In this document: positions 57,264 to 64,000 of the stretch, piece after piece
Layout: each line of letters opens with the position of its first letter
How positions within the stretch are numbered: position 1 is the stretch's first letter
Source of the DNA: Candidatus Magasanikiibacteriota bacterium
GTDB lineage: Bacteria; Patescibacteriota; Patescibacteriia; Magasanikbacterales; UBA922
Assembly (NCBI GenBank): GCA_042218065.1
Contig: JBDGRL010000005.1
Coordinates: 338 to 64,337, forward strand
Length of the DNA: 64,000 nt
Reading direction: 5' to 3'
Translations under genes and position numbers: made by a program
Notes under the pieces: model-generated
The model's input: the letters and a program-made list of their open reading frames with translations, nothing else
Told to the model about the DNA's origin: nothing
The model's database searches: none

Positions 57264-57411
57264 AGCTTTGACTTCTTTAAGTAGAATTGTAGGGCTTTGT
57301 TAAATAAACGAAATAGCTAAAATAATCTTGATATAAACTCGTTAGTAGCGAGTGTTTTTTAAATATTTACTTTTTATAGTATACTTTAATTAAGATTTAT
57401 AAATTTAATAC

Positions 57412-59298
57412 ATGTTTCTTTCATCGGATAAACTAGCAGAAATACTAGTAGAAGAAAGGATAGCCACAAAAGAAGAGATGGATGAATACAAAGAACAAGC
57501 TAAACAAGAGGATCAGCACCTGTATCATTTTTTAATTGAACAAGGGGAAATAGATAAAGATGAGCTTGGCAAAGCTATTGCAAACCAAGAAGATATTGAG
57601 TATATAGATATATCTTCTCAGGATATAGACTCTTCTATTGTAAAAAATATTCCCGAGGTTGTAGCAAGAAAAAATAATGCAATTGTATTTAGTGAATCAG
57701 AATCTAGTGTGAAGGTAGCTCTGTTTGATCCGACTAGCGAGGATTTTATTGAGAACATTAAAAATAAGATACAAGAAAGAACACAAAGAATAATAGAAAT
57801 GCAAGATAAAGCAGATAAAGAAGAGAGAAGTAGTTTGGCTAATAAAAATAAGGATGAGCTATTAGATTATGCTAAGCAAGAGTATGATATCTCTCTCGAT
57901 AAAGAGAACACCAAACAGGAAATGCTTGATAATTTTTTAGATCAGTTGAATGAGATTAAGGATAAAGAGGCGCAAGAGAAAGAAATAGAGATATATTTTG
58001 GACATAAGCAGGATATTCAAGATGCTGTGCATGAAAATTATGACTCTAGCCAAGAGGATTTTGCGGCTATGGTTCAGGATATTATTGATAATCAGGGTGA
58101 GGACATCAACCCCGAAGATATGCCGATAATTAAGATCGTTAACGAGCTACTGCAGTATGCATATGAAAATAATGCTTCTGATATACACATCGAACCTTAC
58201 GAAGAAAAGACTCTGATTAGGTTTAGGATAGATGGGATCCTTCATGATATTATTAGCATTCCCAAGAGCTTGCATAATCTGATAATTACCAGAATAAAGA
58301 TTTTAGCTCGTCTCCGCACTGATGAGCACAGGACTGCACAGGACGGCAAGTTGCGATTTAATCACGAGGGGGAAGAAGTGGATGTGCGGGTCTCGATTGT
58401 GCCGATAGTATATGGAGAAAAGGCCGTACTTAGAATTTTAGCTGAGACTACCGGCAAATTTACTCTAGATAATCTCGGTTTCAGAGATCAGGATTTAGAA
58501 AAAATTAAGGATAATATAGACAGCCCTTGGGGTATGATCTTAGCCACCGGCCCTACAGGCTCGGGAAAAACTACGACTCTCTATACTGTATTAAAGAAGC
58601 TAAACTCTCGGGAGGTAAATATATCTACGATTGAGGATCCGGTAGAATATGGGATTGAGTCGATTAATCAGATTCAGGTAAACGAGGAAGCGAATCTTAC
58701 TTTCTCCAATGGGCTTCGGGCCATAGTCCGACAAGATCCGGATATAATTATGGTTGGGGAGATAAGAGACGAGGAGACGGCACAGATAGCAGTGAATGCT
58801 GCTATGACAGGGCACTTGGTCTTATCAACACTGCACACTAATGACTCGGCGACCACACTTCCACGCTTGTTGGATATGGGGGTTCAGCCTTTTTTGGTAG
58901 CTTCTACTCTGAATGTTGTGATAGCTCAGAGACTGGTAAGAAAAATTTGTGAACACTGCAAAGGCAACAAAGAGATAGATGAAGAAACTAAAGAGCTGAT
59001 TACAAGTGAGTTATCTGAGGATGTTATCGATGAATATGATTTATTGGATGCTGATCTAAAAGAGGGCAAGGGTTGTGCCAGCTGTCAGCAGAGTGGATAC
59101 CAGGGGCGAGTGGGTATATATGAGGTATTGGATGTGTCTCAAAAGATAAAACAGATGGTGATGGATAAGAAAAATGCAGATGATATAAAACAACAGGCGA
59201 TAGAGGAAGGAATGCTACCTCTGATCAAAGCCGGGATTGAAAAGGTATTAGACGGACAAACCACGCTCGAAGAACTTTTACGTGTAGCTCAAGAATAA
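57412..59298 (+). CDS. pilB: Type IV pilus / T2SS assembly ATPase (GspE/PilB family).
   Basis: Walker A ATGPTGSGKTTT, Asp box, Walker B IIMVGEIRD, tetra-Cys CEHC...CASC, and an N-terminal GspE_N-like domain. Confidence 0.85.
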   Translation: MFLSSDKLAEILVEERIATKEEMDEYKEQAKQEDQHLYHFLIEQGEIDKDELGKAIANQEDIEYIDISSQDIDSSIVKNIPEVVARKNNAIVFSESESSVKVALFDPTSEDFIENIKNKIQERTQRIIEMQDKADKEERSSLANKNKDELLDYAKQEYDISLDKENTKQEMLDNFLDQLNEIKDKEAQEKEIEIYFGHKQDIQDAVHENYDSSQEDFAAMVQDIIDNQGEDINPEDMPIIKIVNELLQYAYENNASDIHIEPYEEKTLIRFRIDGILHDIISIPKSLHNLIITRIKILARLRTDEHRTAQDGKLRFNHEGEEVDVRVSIVPIVYGEKAVLRILAETTGKFTLDNLGFRDQDLEKIKDNIDSPWGMILATGPTGSGKTTTLYTVLKKLNSREVNISTIEDPVEYGIESINQIQVNEEANLTFSNGLRAIVRQDPDIIMVGEIRDEETAQIAVNAAMTGHLVLSTLHTNDSATTLPRLLDMGVQPFLVASTLNVVIAQRLVRKICEHCKGNKEIDEETKELITSELSEDVIDEYDLLDADLKEGKGCASCQQSGYQGRVGIYEVLDVSQKIKQMVMDKKNADDIKQQAIEEGMLPLIKAGIEKVLDGQTTLEELLRVAQE

Positions 59299-59304
59299 AA
59301 TAAT

Positions 59305-60438
59305 ATGGCAGATTTAACTGAGATTACAAAACCTAAAGAAGACACAAATAATAAGAAAGAAGAAAAAGATAAGCACTGGTGGGAAAAGGAAATTAATATT
59401 TTGGGAGTATCCAGCAAGCAGATCTTATTTTTTACTAAGAACTTGTCGGTAATGCTTCAGGCAGGCTCTACTTTGACTGAATCCTTGGAGGTTTTGGTAG
59501 GACAAACCAAAGGAAAGTTAAAAAATATAGTAAGACAGGTTCACAAAGAAGTGAGTAGGGGGCATGAGTTCAGCGAGGCTTTGAAAAAATACCCCAAGGT
59601 TTTTTCAGACACCTATATAAGTATACTTCAGGTTGGAGAAAAAACCGGAAGTTTAGGAAAAAATTTGCAGTACTTAGTAGATCAATTAGAAAAGACTCAT
59701 TCTCTAAAAAAGAAGATTTTTTCTGCGATGTTGTATCCTGCTATTGTCTTGCTTGGTGGTGTTGCTGTTTCGATCGGAATTATTGTGTTTGTGCTGCCAA
59801 AGGTTACTGATTTGTTCGAGAGCTTTGATGTAGCTTTGCCCTGGTCTACACAGCTGTTGATGGCGATATCCAGTTTATTTCAAAACTATGGCCTTATTGC
59901 AGGTGTGGTTTTAGCAGTGACTCTGATAGTGTTTTATTGGGTTACCAGACAAGATTTTGCGAAGCCTGTGACTCATTGGGTGCTGCTCGAGGTGCCTGTA
60001 GTCAAAAAGATATCCAAACACTTTAACTTGGCTATGTTTTTTAGAACTTTAAGTATATTATTAAAAAGTGGAGTTACTATCGATGAGGGCATAAAAATAT
60101 GCAAAAAAAGTGTAACCAATGTTTATTACAAAGATTTTTTAGATGAAGCTTATGAGGAAATAAAAGGAGGAAGCACACTGACCGATGCTATGAGAAAAAG
60201 AGAAGACCTTTTTCCCGCCACGAATGTACAGATTATAAATGTCGGGGAGGATTCAGGCACATTGGGCAAAGCGCTGAAGTATTGCTCCGATATTCACGAA
60301 GAGGAGCTGGATGATATTACTAAAAATCTGTCTGACATTTTGGAGCCTGTTCTGCTTATCGCTATCGGTCTTATGGTGGGCTTTTTGGCTGTTTCTATAA
60401 TTACACCTATTTACTCTATTACTGGTGATTTACAATAA
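59305..60438 (+). CDS. pilC: Type IV pilus / T2SS inner-membrane platform protein (GspF/PilC family).
   Basis: Two GspF repeats; 3 TM segments. Confidence 0.8.
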   Translation: MADLTEITKPKEDTNNKKEEKDKHWWEKEINILGVSSKQILFFTKNLSVMLQAGSTLTESLEVLVGQTKGKLKNIVRQVHKEVSRGHEFSEALKKYPKVFSDTYISILQVGEKTGSLGKNLQYLVDQLEKTHSLKKKIFSAMLYPAIVLLGGVAVSIGIIVFVLPKVTDLFESFDVALPWSTQLLMAISSLFQNYGLIAGVVLAVTLIVFYWVTRQDFAKPVTHWVLLEVPVVKKISKHFNLAMFFRTLSILLKSGVTIDEGIKICKKSVTNVYYKDFLDEAYEEIKGGSTLTDAMRKREDLFPATNVQIINVGEDSGTLGKALKYCSDIHEEELDDITKNLSDILEPVLLIAIGLMVGFLAVSIITPIYSITGDLQ

Positions 60439-60439
60439 T

Positions 60440-60868
60440 ATGAAAGGTTTTACCTTAATAGAGGTGCTTGTAGTAGTTGGGATTATCATTGTTATTTCAG
60501 CTTTGAGTTTGCCTTTCTATGGTAAGTTCGTGAATATGAACTCTATAAACTCTCAAGTTACCGAGGTCAGAAAAAACATTAGGCTAGCACAAGAGGAAGC
60601 TCAGGCAGGCAAGCACAACTCCAATCACGGGATCCACTTTACGACCACCAGCTATACACACTATGTAGGTTCTGATTTTAACTCTAGAGACAAAAACAAG
60701 GATGAGGACTATGATCTGAATAATAAACTAGAGTTTATCAGTTCATTTGAGGTTAATTTTAGCAAAGATACGGGCCTGCCTTCAGCTACAGGAACTATAA
60801 CTATCAAGAATACGAATAACGGAAAAACAGCTGATATTTCGATCAATGAGGAGGGTTTAATATATTAG
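60440..60868 (+). CDS. Pseudopilin / minor pilin with a prepilin signal.
   Basis: MKG-FTLIEVLVVVGIIIV. ATG at 60440, 2 nt after the pilC stop. Confidence 0.75.
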   Translation: MKGFTLIEVLVVVGIIIVISALSLPFYGKFVNMNSINSQVTEVRKNIRLAQEEAQAGKHNSNHGIHFTTTSYTHYVGSDFNSRDKNKDEDYDLNNKLEFISSFEVNFSKDTGLPSATGTITIKNTNNGKTADISINEEGLIY

Positions 60869-60877
60869 AATTAACTT

Positions 60878-62242
60878 ATGAAATCCAACCGAGGCCAAAG
60901 CTTACTTGAGGTAATTATTGCTCTGGGTATATTTTTTTCTGCTATAGTAGGGTCCTTGTCCGCTACCTCATTTTACTTGGATAATTACCAAAGAAGTAAG
61001 GATATATCCAAAGCTAGAGAAGTGGTTCAAGAATCTTTTGCTGCGATCAGATCTATTGCCTACGAGGACTGGGGGCAGATTTCCGATGGTACTTATGGCA
61101 TCACTACCAGCTCCGGTAAGTGGAAGCTAGCTAATGATCCGGACACGGTAGACGGAAAGTACAAAAGAAAGGTAGTAATCTCTTCGGTTAATAAAGGCGG
61201 TAATTGTAACATTACCAGCTCAGGAGGAACAAAAGACAGCGATAGAAAGTTTGTGACCACTACTGTCAGCTGGAGCACACCTAGTGGCACTTCGACTAGG
61301 TCTTTTGGTAGATATATTACCAGATGGGGAAACCCTAAAAACTGCCTGCCAAAATCAGATAATGGTATAGCTTTTACCCAAAATGAAGAACTAAAGACTC
61401 TTCCTGCAAATGACGGACAGATAAATGAATGGGACCCGGGTGATGTGGATATAATAGGATCTATGCGCTCTGATTTTGATGATGATGGCAGCAATGATTT
61501 GGTATATCTAAAGAACAAAAATAAAATTAACGTCATAGATGAAAATGATGGGAGTGCCAGGGATATCAGTATCTCCAGCCAGAAAGCAAAGCAAAAAAAT
61601 GCTATATTGGTTTCTGATAACTGGAACGGTTCGGGCACATCTACTTTCTATACTTCACAAGTGAACCCTCAGAATGAAATATATCATGTAGATGAAGCAG
61701 CAAACCCCACACTGGTAGCCGACCCTGATAATGGAGTTGATAGTGTAGTTGGGAAGGGGGACATAGATGGAGACGGGACTGATGAGTTTGTTTTTTTGGA
61801 TGAGTCTCAGAATTTAAGATACATTGAGCCTGCCGACAGTGACAGCCAGGCTTACACGAAGATATATAATGATGTGGGCAAAAAAGATAGTATAGGTATA
61901 GGTGAGCCGGCTGACTTTGATGAAGATGGTACTGATAGGGTGCCTATAGTAGATAGTGGCAATGATATTATTTTGGTTGATTCGGGAGGTAAGGAGGAAA
62001 CAATTATTTTTAGCTCTAACAGCAATGAGCCTTCGAAGTCTCCGATGGCTTCGGTAGATGTGGATGGCGACGGTCTGTTTGAAATAGTTTACATAGATAA
62101 AAGTGGAAACAATGACATTGCTAAGTATATAAATGATGTAGGAGGAGATAACGATGTAGACAAGCTTGTAGATGAGAACAATAACTCTATCGAGGCCGAT
62201 ACAAGCAGTGGCTTAACAGCAGCCGATACAAATAATGAATAA
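60878..62242 (+). CDS. Pseudopilin fused to a C-terminal FG-GAP/VCBS-like calcium-binding repeat (beta-propeller-like) domain.
   Basis: MKSNRGQSLLEVIIALGIFF prepilin-like N-terminus. Four repeats of DxDxDGxxD type: DFDDDGSNDLVYL, DIDGDGTDEFVFL, DFDEDGTDRVPIV, DVDGDGLFEIVYI. Confidence 0.7.
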   Translation: MKSNRGQSLLEVIIALGIFFSAIVGSLSATSFYLDNYQRSKDISKAREVVQESFAAIRSIAYEDWGQISDGTYGITTSSGKWKLANDPDTVDGKYKRKVVISSVNKGGNCNITSSGGTKDSDRKFVTTTVSWSTPSGTSTRSFGRYITRWGNPKNCLPKSDNGIAFTQNEELKTLPANDGQINEWDPGDVDIIGSMRSDFDDDGSNDLVYLKNKNKINVIDENDGSARDISISSQKAKQKNAILVSDNWNGSGTSTFYTSQVNPQNEIYHVDEAANPTLVADPDNGVDSVVGKGDIDGDGTDEFVFLDESQNLRYIEPADSDSQAYTKIYNDVGKKDSIGIGEPADFDEDGTDRVPIVDSGNDIILVDSGGKEETIIFSSNSNEPSKSPMASVDVDGDGLFEIVYIDKSGNNDIAKYINDVGGDNDVDKLVDENNNSIEADTSSGLTAADTNNE

Positions 62243-62245
62243 AAT

Positions 62246-63088
62246 ATGAACAAGAAAGGTTTTACCCTAACGGAGCTGATGGTTTATATAGCTATTTCTG
62301 CTATAATAGTAACGGCTAGCCTGACAGTGGTCTGGGATATTATCGGAGATCAAAATAAAAATGAGAGCATAACCCTGGTTAATGAAACCGGGGATTTGAT
62401 CTTGGATAGAGTCGGTCTTTACAGTGGGGAGGCAGTAAGTATCGACTCGGAGACGGTGTTTAATTCGTCCAGCGGCAAGCTGGTTTTACAGATGAACAAA
62501 CAGCCAAACAGGATTATAGAAGCCTATGATACCACGGTCACTTTAGGGGGTAATAATTTAAATACCACAAAGATTAGATCAAGGAGCACAGGAGAGGGGA
62601 TAAATGTAGATGAATATTGTGCTGATAAAGATGTGAACAAAAAAGAAAATGAAAGTGAGAATGAAGACGAAAATCAAAACAATGATAATTATTCATATAG
62701 TTATGAGTATGACTATGATTATGAAAAAGGGAACTACCGCTACTATTATGAATACGATTATACCTGGTCCCCCGAAGCAGATCAGAGCCCGACTCCGACT
62801 CCTGATCCAAACGAAAATATGGACTGTATTAACAAGAATGTAAACCCTGATCCGGATCCGAACCCTGATCCCGACCCGCCTGACGACGCATTAGACGGTA
62901 AACAGAGAGGAAATGATTTGGTTCCTGATAAGGTAAAGGTAGAAAAGTTTCATCTTACAGACTTATCAAACAATCATTCTGACAGCTTTAAATTGAGACT
63001 AAAATTAGAAAGGTTAAACCCTGTTACAAAGTCTTATCAAGCTCAACAAAGCTGGAGTAGTGCTTTTACCTTAAAGAAAAGACAGTAA
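62246..63088 (+). CDS. Pilin-like protein with a Tyr/Asp/Glu-rich low-complexity region and a PD repeat.
   Basis: MNKKG-FTLTELMVYIAISAII. Mid-region YSYSYEYDYDYEKGNYRYYYEYDYTW and DPDPNPDPDPPDD. Confidence 0.7.
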   Translation: MNKKGFTLTELMVYIAISAIIVTASLTVVWDIIGDQNKNESITLVNETGDLILDRVGLYSGEAVSIDSETVFNSSSGKLVLQMNKQPNRIIEAYDTTVTLGGNNLNTTKIRSRSTGEGINVDEYCADKDVNKKENESENEDENQNNDNYSYSYEYDYDYEKGNYRYYYEYDYTWSPEADQSPTPTPDPNENMDCINKNVNPDPDPNPDPDPPDDALDGKQRGNDLVPDKVKVEKFHLTDLSNNHSDSFKLRLKLERLNPVTKSYQAQQSWSSAFTLKKRQ

Positions 63089-63091
63089 AAT

Positions 63092-63484
63092 ATGATAAAT
63101 AACAACTCCGAGATTCAAAATAATAGTAACGGCTATGTAATGACTTTAATGGTAGTCATTTTGGCATCCATTATGTTGGTGGTAGTAACCAGTGCCTCCT
63201 ATTCCAGTCTGACCAGCTTAAAGAAAAGTCAAACGACTTTGGATAAATCAAAGATACAGTCATTTACTGAAGGTTGCAGTGAAGAAGCTTTGTTACAGTT
63301 GAGTAGAAAACCTTCCTATAAGGGAGATAAATATGATCTGCGAGGCGGCACTTGTAATATAGGGGTTACAACCTCCGATAATACCAGCACGATTTCTGTA
63401 ACCGGCACCTTATCAAATATGAATCATAATTATCGGATTGAGGTTAGTTTAGACCCTTTTAAGGTGATTAATTGGGAGTATTAA
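63092..63484 (+). CDS. Pilin-like / PilX-like small protein (hydrophobic N-terminus without the Glu+5).
   Basis: GYVMTLMVVILASIMLVVVTSA N-terminal helix; position in the pilin cluster. Confidence 0.55.
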   Translation: MINNNSEIQNNSNGYVMTLMVVILASIMLVVVTSASYSSLTSLKKSQTTLDKSKIQSFTEGCSEEALLQLSRKPSYKGDKYDLRGGTCNIGVTTSDNTSTISVTGTLSNMNHNYRIEVSLDPFKVINWEY

Positions 63485-63544
63485 TTTTGACAATAATATT
63501 TTTGTGATATAATAAACAAAAGGTTTATTTTTAACTAATTTCAT

Positions 63545-64000
63545 ATGCAAACCTTTATTAATCTAGATGAAGATAAGGGTTTTACCCTTATTGAACTCCT
63601 TATCGTAATAGCTATTATAGCTATACTGGCGGGCATAGTGTTTGTAGCTTTAGATCCCGGTCAAAGATTTGGCGAAGCACGTGATTCAGAGCGCCACTCA
63701 GAGGTAAACTCTATCGCTCAGGCAGTAAAGCAGCATCAAATAGACAATGACGGTGAATATTTATCAGAAATAGATGGTATGAATAATGGAGATGTAGAGA
63801 TGATAGGTACCTGTGGAGGTACTTCTGACTTGAGCTGTAATGATAGTCCGGCTAGTACTACAGAGTGTGTAGATCTTACCTCAATAGCTAATGAAGGTTA
63901 CCTACCAGAGGTACCCGAAGACCCTAATAATAATGACAGTGATGAAACCGGGTACTTCCTACAAAAGAATACCAGCTCAGTCAAAGTCGGAGCTTGTACA
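63545..64000 (+). CDS. Type IV pilin, 3'-partial (runs off the window end).
   Basis: MQTFINLDEDKG-FTLIELLIVIAIIAILAGIV is the canonical prepilin motif with Glu+5. The ORF is open to nt 64000, and Cys pairs occur in the C-terminal region. Confidence 0.8.
   Translation, partial: MQTFINLDEDKGFTLIELLIVIAIIAILAGIVFVALDPGQRFGEARDSERHSEVNSIAQAVKQHQIDNDGEYLSEIDGMNNGDVEMIGTCGGTSDLSCNDSPASTTECVDLTSIANEGYLPEVPEDPNNNDSDETGYFLQKNTSSVKVGACT

Overview
This is a low-GC, gene-dense bacterial chromosomal segment. Its gene content resembles a small-genome, possibly CPR/Patescibacteria-like organism: many highly charged hypothetical proteins, a type IV pilus apparatus without outer-membrane parts, and a giant repeat adhesin. 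The lineage call is inference only. TGA is not reassigned, since large ORFs are intact under the standard code.

Housekeeping content:
- Aminoacyl-tRNA synthesis: glyQS, cysS, gatC and gatA.
- Central and cell-wall metabolism: tpiA, pyrG, folD, murB.
- Replication and repair: ligA, dnaX, fpg.
- Transport and secretion: secD, secF, a complete LivKHMGF-type branched-chain amino-acid ABC transporter, and mscS.
- Other: rplI, era, an ECF sigma factor, a GH1 beta-glucosidase, a histidine ammonia-lyase, an M16 peptidase, and a macro-domain protein.
- Seven tRNAs: Thr-TGT, Tyr-GTA, Thr-GGT, Gln-CTG (minus strand), Ser-GGA and Ser-GCT.
- Two type IV pilus gene groups: pilM / receiver / pilin / prepilin peptidase, and pilB / pilC followed by five pilin-like genes.

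The candidates most worth a second look:
1. A minus-strand operon (30912-36355) centred on a TrwB/VirD4-like coupling ATPase with a ~430-aa novel N-terminal domain. A stand-alone paralog of that N-domain sits at 23414-24826.
2. A SecD with two parvulin-type PPIase domains inserted in its periplasmic head.
3. A GC-rich, tRNA-Gln-adjacent cassette encoding a small membrane-anchored Cys-rich protein behind a long palindromic leader.
4. A tRNA-Tyr 3'-end direct repeat flanking a GC-rich 150-bp segment, likely an integration scar.
5. A >1600-aa LVIVD/DUF5011/Cys-motif surface protein that runs off the 5' edge of the window.
6. A pseudopilin fused to an FG-GAP-like calcium-binding propeller.

No CRISPR arrays, transposases, integrases or rRNA were seen.
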